Below, piece after piece: positions 1-7,845 of a stretch of DNA of 20,000 nucleotides (its first letter is position 1; each line of letters starts with the position of its first letter). This stretch comes from Candidatus Zixiibacteriota bacterium (GTDB lineage Bacteria > Zixibacteria > MSB-5A5 > UBA10806 > 4484-95), in contig JAOZPT010000047.1 of the NCBI GenBank assembly GCA_029932605.1, positions 1 through 20,000 on the forward strand. The letters are read 5' to 3'. Under the pieces are notes generated by a model. That model did not search any database and was not told the DNA's origin. It saw nothing but the letters and a program-made list of their open reading frames with translations. A program made the translations under genes and the position numbers.

Positions 1-91
1 TCAGTACCTATTTCCAATCCAATCAATCTTAATATCGAAGAAAATTACAAGAATTCCTGCTCATAGCTTAATATAAAAAAATGGCTATAGC

Positions 92-790
92 TTAACTCTC
101 CATCCTGTTACTATCCATCCTCACCTGGTTTGCCAGTCGATGGGCCATTCGGACTGGCTTCGGCAAACGGTATCTATGACAACATCTTAATACTATATCG
201 GTTGCCATATCAAGCTCAATCAAATGCCCAGCTGAGACAAATATAGGTTTGACTTTATCACGTGACCTTAAAACATGACCGACTTTTCTACCCTTATAGA
301 GCAGATCAGATATCGAACCTTTCATTTGAGCTGGTTCAGTAAAGTCGCCAACAAGACGACTTTTAGCGCAACCTATTGAGGGTCTATCCAATAAAATACC
401 GATCATACTGGCGATACCCATACCGCGCGGATGCGCTATTCCATGCCCATCGAATAGCAAAAGGTCCGGCTTATTTCTAAGTTTTTTAAAAACCTTCACT
501 ATTGCCGGTCCCTCACGAAATGCCAGTAATCCCGGGACATACGGAAAATCCGCCTTTTCAACTATAACCGATCTCTCAACCTCTTCAAGCTTGATATAAC
601 TTAACAATATTGCCACAGCAAAATTTTTTCTGCTGGATTTATCATAAGAAATATCAAAGGAACAAATCGATTTGAAATTTTTAAAACGATTTTCCAAACA
701 AAGATACGATAATAACGATTTCTGGAATTCAATTGCACCCTTAATATCTTTATTTCTGCAAATCTTTAAGAAATTATCAAGGACATTCAT
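92..790 (-). CDS. nfi: Endonuclease V (deoxyinosine 3'-endonuclease)
   Basis: 232-aa ORF with EndoV motifs in the canonical order: FDISY (catalytic Asp), FPYVPGLLAFREGP (wedge motif plus catalytic Glu), LLFDGHGIAHPRGMGIAS, SIGCAKSRL, KPIFVSAGH and YRLPKPVRMAH. Confidence 0.95.
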   Translation of the reverse strand: MNVLDNFLKICRNKDIKGAIEFQKSLLSYLCLENRFKNFKSICSFDISYDKSSRKNFAVAILLSYIKLEEVERSVIVEKADFPYVPGLLAFREGPAIVKVFKKLRNKPDLLLFDGHGIAHPRGMGIASMIGILLDRPSIGCAKSRLVGDFTEPAQMKGSISDLLYKGRKVGHVLRSRDKVKPIFVSAGHLIELDMATDIVLRCCHRYRLPKPVRMAHRLANQVRMDSNRMES

Positions 791-876
791 CCGAAAGTCA
801 CAATTTTTCGTATTACGAGAAGTGTATTAAAATCGTTGAGCCCAATTCAAATATGGACTTTTTATTGATTTAATTC

Positions 877-1773
877 TCACTTTCTCTTTTTAAGAATGGT
901 CATCCTGAGACTTGAAATCTGGTCGGCTATCAGCCCGAATAAAAACACCAGTATTCCAGAAATAATAAGCAGTAATGCACCGTTGACTATATGAAATCCC
1001 CTTCTGATTATCTCCTCGATTTGATAAATTACACCAATTGCAAACATAGCAACAGCAGTATTTATAAAGATCTTCAGGGGACTGAAAAGGGTTATCAATC
1101 GTACAATTAAAAGCAAAACCTCCGGTCCATGTTTAACCTGGCGCACCGAGCTTTTACCTATTCGTTCTCTGGTAGTGATAGGAACATAACAAACGTTATA
1201 ACCCATTTTATAAAACGCAATTGTACTTGTAGTAGAAAAAGAAAAACCATCGGGAAAAAGTTCAAGCATATCTATAATAACATCTTTTTTAATCGCTCTG
1301 AAGCCACAATTTAGGTCGGGGATTTTCTTTTCTGTTAACAGATTAGCCGTCAACCCCAGGAGAAACTTACCCGGTTTTCTCAGCCAGTCCTGTTTCGAGC
1401 CTTTGGTTCTTTTACCGGTAACCATATCATAATAAGGCAGCTCATCAAGCAAACGCGGAATATCTTCCGGGTCATGCTGACCATCAGCATCAAATAAAAC
1501 GATAACATCTCCACTGGCGTTGTTTATGCCTGTTTTAATAGAAGCTCCATAACCTTTGTTGTAGGGATGATCGATAACTGTAATCTGGCTGAAGCTCTTT
1601 AACCGCAATTTCGTATCGTCGGTCGAGCCATCGTTTACAACAATTATCTCCCAATCTTTATTTTCAATAAATTTTATAAGTTCTGTTATAGTGGATTCAA
1701 TCCCGGCCTTTTCATTATAGGCTGGAATTACAATCGATACTTTCGGAGGGTCAAACATATCTGCATATCCCAC
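877..1773 (-). CDS. Family 2 glycosyltransferase, DPM1/GtrB-like (polyprenol-phosphate glycosyltransferase type), two C-terminal TM helices
   Basis: GT-A motifs VSIVIPAYNE, IIVVNDGSTD, HPYNKGYGASIKTG, DxD (FDADGQHDPEDIP) and DLNCGFRA, followed by two hydrophobic C-terminal segments. The start is either GTG 1773 or ATG 1758. Confidence 0.9.
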   Translation of the reverse strand: MGYADMFDPPKVSIVIPAYNEKAGIESTITELIKFIENKDWEIIVVNDGSTDDTKLRLKSFSQITVIDHPYNKGYGASIKTGINNASGDVIVLFDADGQHDPEDIPRLLDELPYYDMVTGKRTKGSKQDWLRKPGKFLLGLTANLLTEKKIPDLNCGFRAIKKDVIIDMLELFPDGFSFSTTSTIAFYKMGYNVCYVPITTRERIGKSSVRQVKHGPEVLLLIVRLITLFSPLKIFINTAVAMFAIGVIYQIEEIIRRGFHIVNGALLLIISGILVFLFGLIADQISSLRMTILKKRK

Positions 1774-1898
1774 GGACTCACTGGAGAAACAGGAATTTTA
1801 ATTTCATTTTTCATTACATATCAATAACTTAAACCAGATCACGGCTTCTCTTTTATATACCTCCTTCAAAATCTGACATCGCTTATCATCACTTTCTC

Positions 1899-1927
1899 AT
1901 ATTATTAAATATTACTGCAATTATCAA
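1899..1927 (-). promoter_or_regulatory. Candidate sigma70-type promoter for the GT2-nfi genes
   Basis: Minus strand TTGATA (1927-1922), 17-nt spacer, TAATAT (1904-1899), inside a 244-bp AT-rich intergenic gap. AT-rich DNA gives chance matches. Confidence 0.35.
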
Positions 1928-2017
1928 GCAATAAATCACTACAATGTCATACATAGCAAATAAAAACTTAACATGTACCGACCAAACAGCTAAAACACTA
2001 AATAGCGAAGATGCATG

Positions 2018-3850
2018 CTAAAACCTGTGCGTATATCCAATACTTGCTATGTATTCATTAAAATCGGGAGATGAATTGTTGTTATATTTGTAAAAAGACG
2101 ACTTTGCCGATAACCGAATTATATCGACCCTGGTAATTGAATAACTTGATTGAAAGGTCATATTGGTTGCCATAGCCTCTTCTGAATCGGTATAATTAGT
2201 GCCAAGAGAATTCGAGAGATTGCCATTCAGCATTCTATTTGTCAATTGCAAACCAAGACACTTCTTAGTAGTTTTGCCCTGGCTTTCGACATCAACAGTG
2301 TTAAGATTAGTGTTAACCGACATTGACCAGGACCGGCTGAGCATCAACACGAGGGTAATCATGACATTCTGAGTATTCACATCATTACCGCTACGGGTAG
2401 GATTGAGGTCTTTGGAAAACTGGGTTGAATAATTCATAGAAATCGAATGGCTTGAATTAAACATGTTAAATTGATACATCACATTAGCTGCATAACTTGA
2501 ATTCTCATTATGTATCTTACCAATATAAAGCACCGAATCGGGTTCAGACCAGGTAGAATCCTGTTCGTTCCACACCGAATCCTGAACAATCCAGGTAGAG
2601 TCGGATGAGGCATCGTTTTTCATTACATTAAGCATAGCGTTGAATCCTATGGAAATCTGGTTTAAGGGACGGATAGTTGCATTCAATCCATAGGTTGACC
2701 TTTTAGTAGTATTAGTTTTTTGAGAGGCTACATTGTCATTTTGAGCATTAAATGTACCCTGCAGGGAAACCCGGTTTTCAAACAAACGAAAGCCAAGTCC
2801 TCCTTCGATAGTCTGCTTATCGTTCATATTCGAGCTTAAACCAAGTGATGTATAGCCCGGTCCAATATAGGTATAAGCGCCACGGGCATTGAAAATGCGT
2901 TGACTGAAATTTAATTCAGCCGCATAAGCATAATCGAAATTCGAAGAGATACGCGGAGTATAAACTTTTTTAACAAATGATGGTATATCCTCTGAAGCCT
3001 CAGATGAACTATACAGATTACGCGTGTAAGCACTACCAGCCAACTCTCCACGAAAAATCAAACTTCTGCCAAAAAGCTTGAGCACGGTGTTCGCCCCAAC
3101 CACGAGATTCTCCTGAGGTGTAACACCGTATTCTGGTATTGAATCAATGGAAGAAGTGTCTGGTGAAGTCGTAGTATCAACCTCAAGAGAATCGACCTGG
3201 AATATATCAAGAGGTAGTGAACCAACATTATCTTTAACTTTTACAACATTAATATCGAAAAAGGATGATTCCTCTCTTCCAATACCTATCTTAGCCCCAT
3301 ACAGATTCTGAGAATAAACCGAATTATACGCTCCAGCCACAACTTTCCTCTTGGTTTGACCACCAACAGCCTGAAACCTGAAAATGCCCGCATTTATATC
3401 TATCCCGGCACCGCGTATAGATACACCACTTAAAGTATATTTGGACAACTTATGGCTGAAATCGCCTATATGAAGAGTACCCCAACTCCATTGCGGGTGA
3501 ACGGCAAATTGATTGATATGTTGTTTAGCTGAGCTTCCCTCGGTCGAGTAGATGATATTAAGTGAAGCGCTAAAACTTCCAAACAGGGTAAGAGTTGGCC
3601 TTAAAAATATCCGGCCGGTGGTCGATGGCCTACGTGCTTCCCTCCCAGAAACTGAATAATATTCACCATAGGTGCCCAGATCTCCGGTTATTTTCCATAT
3701 TGATTTATCAACCTCCGGCTTAACTTCTGATTCGTACTGACCGCTTAGCGAGCGAGACGTATCCGGTGGTGGTATATCGGTGCTGTCCTGCGCCAATCCT
3801 ATGTTTTCACTAAATAACATTAAAAACGTAACCAATATTATTCTTTTCAC
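2018..3850 (-). CDS. Putative outer-membrane beta-barrel protein of unknown function
   Basis: Signal peptide (MKRIILVTFLMLFSENIGLA|Q), many alternating amphipathic strands rich in G/S/N/T/Y/F, and a C-terminal strand YIASIGYTHRF ending in Phe (BAM beta-signal pattern). Its GTG start overlaps the upstream TGA (GTGA, 3850-3847). Confidence 0.8.
   Translation of the reverse strand: MKRIILVTFLMLFSENIGLAQDSTDIPPPDTSRSLSGQYESEVKPEVDKSIWKITGDLGTYGEYYSVSGREARRPSTTGRIFLRPTLTLFGSFSASLNIIYSTEGSSAKQHINQFAVHPQWSWGTLHIGDFSHKLSKYTLSGVSIRGAGIDINAGIFRFQAVGGQTKRKVVAGAYNSVYSQNLYGAKIGIGREESSFFDINVVKVKDNVGSLPLDIFQVDSLEVDTTTSPDTSSIDSIPEYGVTPQENLVVGANTVLKLFGRSLIFRGELAGSAYTRNLYSSSEASEDIPSFVKKVYTPRISSNFDYAYAAELNFSQRIFNARGAYTYIGPGYTSLGLSSNMNDKQTIEGGLGFRLFENRVSLQGTFNAQNDNVASQKTNTTKRSTYGLNATIRPLNQISIGFNAMLNVMKNDASSDSTWIVQDSVWNEQDSTWSEPDSVLYIGKIHNENSSYAANVMYQFNMFNSSHSISMNYSTQFSKDLNPTRSGNDVNTQNVMITLVLMLSRSWSMSVNTNLNTVDVESQGKTTKKCLGLQLTNRMLNGNLSNSLGTNYTDSEEAMATNMTFQSSYSITRVDIIRLSAKSSFYKYNNNSSPDFNEYIASIGYTHRF
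2519..2602 (-). repeat. In-frame 21-bp (7-aa) tandem repeat x4 with a 42-bp higher-order period
   Basis: Protein DSTWIVQ/DSVWNEQ/DSTWSEP/DSVLYIG. DNA caccgaatc occurs at 2531 and 2573, ccaggtaga at 2549 and 2591, and gaatcctg at 2556 and 2577. Confidence 0.75.
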
Positions 3851-5883
3851 TTTTCACCCGCTTTTTCTGCATTTAATTCAACAATAGCTCTTGCTTCCTC
3901 ATAGCGATGAGCTTTATGTAAAATTTCTATTAACCTTTCCTTTAATATCTTGTTATCAGGCTGAAGATTATAAAGTTTTTGCCATTTGTCACATAAAACA
4001 TCTAGCCTGCCAAGCTTTTGATGTATTCGTATAATGGCATCATAAGCGACATCGCTCTGTTCATCCAATGAAAGCATTCGTTGGTAGCTCTTGAGTGCTT
4101 CAGCATAATTTTCACGGCTCTCAAAAATCTCCGCTAACCCTTCATGAGCCTGTATTGTTTTGGGATAAAGCGAGATTACTTTCTTATATATCTGCAGAGC
4201 CCGGTCATTATCACCACCCTGGCTGAACCATTCCGCATGGTATAGATGCAAAAAGATACTTGTTGGGTAATCCTGAAGATACGATTCAAGCAATATCCCA
4301 AAGTCTTTTCTGGTAATTGATATCTTTATAAAATCCAGGCTTCCTTTGATTATATTTTCTAACTCGACCATCTCATCCCGCATAGTCTCAAACTGTCCCA
4401 TTTTATCCAGTTGAAGTTTCCCATCGTTGTCGGCAAACTCAGCCTGAAATCTATCCTGTAATTCTGCCATCCTCCGGATTGCCAGATCAAGTGCCCGCTT
4501 GTAGGTTTCAACAGACCCTGTTTTATCTCCCTTTATGTAGGCAATCTCTCCCAGCTTGAACCAGGTTGAGGGCTTGTCCGGAGCGTTATTGCGAGCTATC
4601 TCAAGATATGTTTTAGCCGAATCCAGATTGTTCAATTCAAAATATGTAAGGCCAAGTTTGTATACTGGATAGAAATCAGACGGATAAAAATTATAAAATG
4701 ACCAATACAGGTTCAAGGCCTCATTATATTTAGAATTTGCAGAGTATAATTCCCCTAGAGTTTTTAGAGCCTCGATATTCTGATTGTCTATCCTCAGAAT
4801 TGCTTTTAGCTTTTCGATGGCGATGCTGTCACTACCCTCCTGTTTGAAAGTATTGGCAACTGCCAGCTGTACTTCTACATCAAGAGAATCACTCTTAATA
4901 AGTTCCCTGTATATCTCCCGTGCTTTCTGCCAGTTTCCCTCAAGCTCATAAGTAACGGCAATTTTTTTAGTAATGCTCTCATCCTCGGGATAGACCTTCG
5001 CTAAAAGTTCGTATGTCTCACGGATTTTATCCTGACGGTTGAAATTCTGCCAATATTTAACTATCTCCATATAAATCTTTCGCTCTCTGGGAAACCGCTT
5101 GATCAGAGAATCATATAGCGTCATGGCATCGTCAATTTTATTAAGGTAACGGTAAAAAAGCGCCAGTTGGAGGGCTAAATCAATATCATCCGGAGCATGT
5201 CTCTGAATATCCTCCAGGACAGGTAAAGCGATTTCATATTCCTCAAGTTTAACCAGTACATCGAAAAGCGCTTTTTTAAGATTATAATTATAAGGAAATC
5301 TCTCTACACTGTTTTCCAGATGAATTCGGGCTCTCTTATAATCCTGCTTTTCTATCATCAGAACAGCAATATTCACATAGGCTTCCATATTAGTTGAATC
5401 CAGTTCAACAGTATTTTTAAAATAGTCCAAAGCCCGGTCTTTTTTACCCTCTTTTGCCAGGGTTACTCCAAGGTTGAAATATACCATTGCCATCAGTTTT
5501 TTAATCTCCCAATCATCGGGAGATATCTCAAGATACCGTTCAAGTACACTTCTGGATTTGTCATAGCGCTGTTGGTTAGCGTAAAGTTGTCCTAAAAGTT
5601 TGAGAAATTGAGCATTTTTCGGGAATATTTTAATGGTGGTTTCCAACACCTTTATAGCATCAGGAATCTGTTTAACGGCTAAATAAGAGTTAACAAGATA
5701 TTCATAGGCTGTTTTTGAGCGGGGGTTTATTTCGAGGTAATCATTCAGCATATATATAGCCCGTTCGTAATCGCCGATGTTAAAGGCTTGAATTCCCTGC
5801 TCAAGTAGAGATTGAGCCTTAAGAATACCGCAAGTTATAAATAAAATTATAGGTAAGAGAAATAAAACAGATTTACCCCGCAT
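3847..5883 (-). CDS. Exported (probably periplasmic) tetratricopeptide-repeat protein
   Basis: Serial TPR-like units (e.g. AMVYFNLGVTLAKEGKKDRALDYFKNTVELDSTN, TWFKLGEIAYIKGDKTGSVETYKRALDL, AHEGLAEIFESRENYAEALKSYQRMLSLD). Signal peptide MRGKSVLFLLPIILFITCGILKA|Q. The ORF track starts at 5910; ATG 5883 is preferred because GGAG lies 9 nt upstream and the signal peptide begins there. Confidence 0.88.
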   Translation of the reverse strand: MRGKSVLFLLPIILFITCGILKAQSLLEQGIQAFNIGDYERAIYMLNDYLEINPRSKTAYEYLVNSYLAVKQIPDAIKVLETTIKIFPKNAQFLKLLGQLYANQQRYDKSRSVLERYLEISPDDWEIKKLMAMVYFNLGVTLAKEGKKDRALDYFKNTVELDSTNMEAYVNIAVLMIEKQDYKRARIHLENSVERFPYNYNLKKALFDVLVKLEEYEIALPVLEDIQRHAPDDIDLALQLALFYRYLNKIDDAMTLYDSLIKRFPRERKIYMEIVKYWQNFNRQDKIRETYELLAKVYPEDESITKKIAVTYELEGNWQKAREIYRELIKSDSLDVEVQLAVANTFKQEGSDSIAIEKLKAILRIDNQNIEALKTLGELYSANSKYNEALNLYWSFYNFYPSDFYPVYKLGLTYFELNNLDSAKTYLEIARNNAPDKPSTWFKLGEIAYIKGDKTGSVETYKRALDLAIRRMAELQDRFQAEFADNDGKLQLDKMGQFETMRDEMVELENIIKGSLDFIKISITRKDFGILLESYLQDYPTSIFLHLYHAEWFSQGGDNDRALQIYKKVISLYPKTIQAHEGLAEIFESRENYAEALKSYQRMLSLDEQSDVAYDAIIRIHQKLGRLDVLCDKWQKLYNLQPDNKILKERLIEILHKAHRYEEARAIVELNAEKAGEK

Positions 5884-7843
5884 GGACCGCATCTCCACGG
5901 GTGCTTTCATTGCCGGACGAATCCACCGCCTTCACTTTATAGTAGTGTTTTATCGTTCCAGAAGAGTCGATGAATTCAAGCCCTTGCAACGGCGATTTAT
6001 TCAACTTCTTGTAAACACCGGACGGTATATTCGAGCGATAAACATTGTAGCCAATTAGGTCGAAATCTACAACACGTTCCCATTTAATCCTAACACCTTT
6101 CTCCATAAGTTTGACGCTGACATTACGTGGTGATGGTGGCGAGCTGTAATCACGGATTAAAACGGTGTCAATTCTGCCAGGTTTACTCTGATTACCAGCG
6201 GAATCGAAAGCGGTAGCATAATATTGAAATTTACTGCCCTTAACCACAGAGGTATCTTTGAATCCAAATGGCGCCTTATCAAATTCTGCTATCATCTGGC
6301 TTTCTTCTTCATTCTCTTTTTTAAACACTCTATATAAGGCTACATCAAGAGAGGGACTTCTACCGCAGGATATTTTAACAAATCTTCCCTCGACATTCTC
6401 AGCCATGAAAGCCTGTGGCGGCAATGGCGGATCGTCATCGGGAACAAAAACCTCAATTGTGGTCTTCTCGCTTTCGTTACGAGAACGATCAACGGCGGAA
6501 ACACCAACCAAAAAACTCTTACCGGGAGTCAAACCAGCATCCTGATAGCCGCTGTCAATAAAAACAGTATCTTTATACGGTTCATGAATGATACGCGGTT
6601 GAATGTCCTCAGTCTGGCCACGGTAGATATAATAACCAACGACGTCGCTAGCCCGTGAGGGTGTCCATTTAAGTTTCAGGATTCTGCTTTCGATCTCAAA
6701 TGTTAAGTTCGTCGGTGAATCAGGAGGTGTTTTATCCTCTCCTATTGTTGCAATGGCATTGCTGCGTGGACTCTCATTATTCGATTTATCAACGGCTGTA
6801 ATTGCATAAAAATACTGAACTCCATTAGTAATTGTGGAATCAATATAAAAAGGCGATTCAACGGAAATGAGATTTTGGTTCAGTTTCTCAAAATCCTTAT
6901 CCAGACCGAGCGAACGATAGACATAGTAGCCAACAACATCCAGCTCAACGCTCATATTCCACGACAGGCCAACAACTCCATCGCCAGATTCAACAGATAA
7001 ATTTTGAGGTATTGAAGGAGCAACTATATCTTCTGGAATTGCCGTAATCGTTTGGGATGGCTGACTTTGGCGACCAAGAGGATCGACAGCGGTAACATAG
7101 TATGAGTATTCCGTTCCGTTTTTCAGCCATAAATCGATATACTCCGGTTGATACATATTATCCCGAATAATAGGTTTCCTATTAACTCTTTCAAATGAAC
7201 CCTCTCCCTCCTTGCGGTAAACAAAATATTGAACCGCCAGGTCACTGTAACCTTTCCACTTGGGGTAATCCCAGGTCAACACAAGCCTTGCATCTCCTAC
7301 CTCCGCCTTCACGTCATAAGGTGGATCAGGATATATTTCAGTAACAGCGGTCTTTTCCCTTATTGTAAACAATTCCTTACCACGGCTATCGACATAAACC
7401 ACTTTATAAATATACTCGCTGCCATGCTCAACACCAGTATCGAGAAACCATCGTCCTGTTAGGCGAGCAACACGAGGACTCAATAGCGAATGTGCAATAC
7501 CTACAAATTCATCACCCCGCAGTTTGCGCAGGATTTCAAAGGGTTCGGTTGTGTTAAAAGCTTTTGAAATCATCTGCCAATCCTCGCCCAGAACCGCCTT
7601 TACCTGATTTGGATCAATAACCGGTTTTACTGGAGAATCTTTGGTGAGAAGTTCAAAGTCGTTGTCAGTTGGCAACGGTCCCTTACGGTAAACATGGAAA
7701 GCCTCTGTTGAGCGCGGAGCTACGGTTAGAAATAGAACCACCGAATCGCCACTGGCCATAGTTATAAGCTCCCGTTTTACCTGCGCTTCCGATATTCCAA
7801 ATAACAAGATAGTTATAATGAAAATTAACCAAAGCTTCTTCAT
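5873..7843 (-). CDS. Exported fibronectin type III repeat protein (six FN3-like domains)
   Basis: Signal peptide MKKLWLIFIITILLFGISEA|Q. Six FN3 end-motifs: YIYKVVYVDSRGKE, YSYYVTAVDPLGRQS, YFYAITAVDKSNNES, FLVGVSAVDRSRNES, FQYYATAFDSAGNQS and HYYKVKAVDSSGNES. Most are preceded by P..P-type linkers, LxW and (G)YxVYR motifs. SD GGAGGAG at 7855-7849. Confidence 0.9.
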   Translation of the reverse strand: MKKLWLIFIITILLFGISEAQVKRELITMASGDSVVLFLTVAPRSTEAFHVYRKGPLPTDNDFELLTKDSPVKPVIDPNQVKAVLGEDWQMISKAFNTTEPFEILRKLRGDEFVGIAHSLLSPRVARLTGRWFLDTGVEHGSEYIYKVVYVDSRGKELFTIREKTAVTEIYPDPPYDVKAEVGDARLVLTWDYPKWKGYSDLAVQYFVYRKEGEGSFERVNRKPIIRDNMYQPEYIDLWLKNGTEYSYYVTAVDPLGRQSQPSQTITAIPEDIVAPSIPQNLSVESGDGVVGLSWNMSVELDVVGYYVYRSLGLDKDFEKLNQNLISVESPFYIDSTITNGVQYFYAITAVDKSNNESPRSNAIATIGEDKTPPDSPTNLTFEIESRILKLKWTPSRASDVVGYYIYRGQTEDIQPRIIHEPYKDTVFIDSGYQDAGLTPGKSFLVGVSAVDRSRNESEKTTIEVFVPDDDPPLPPQAFMAENVEGRFVKISCGRSPSLDVALYRVFKKENEEESQMIAEFDKAPFGFKDTSVVKGSKFQYYATAFDSAGNQSKPGRIDTVLIRDYSSPPSPRNVSVKLMEKGVRIKWERVVDFDLIGYNVYRSNIPSGVYKKLNKSPLQGLEFIDSSGTIKHYYKVKAVDSSGNESTRGDAVHAG

Positions 7844-7845
7844 GA

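Noticed and set aside
62..95. atagcttaa direct repeat and GCTATAGC palindrome next to a T-run after nfi, as a terminator
   Set aside because: The stem is too short and lacks a proper loop, so an intrinsic terminator cannot be supported.
1774..2017. attR-like direct repeat of the tRNA-Ser 3' end
   Set aside because: No copy of cggaggacgagggattcgaa or a convincing part of it was seen here, and there is no integrase in the window.
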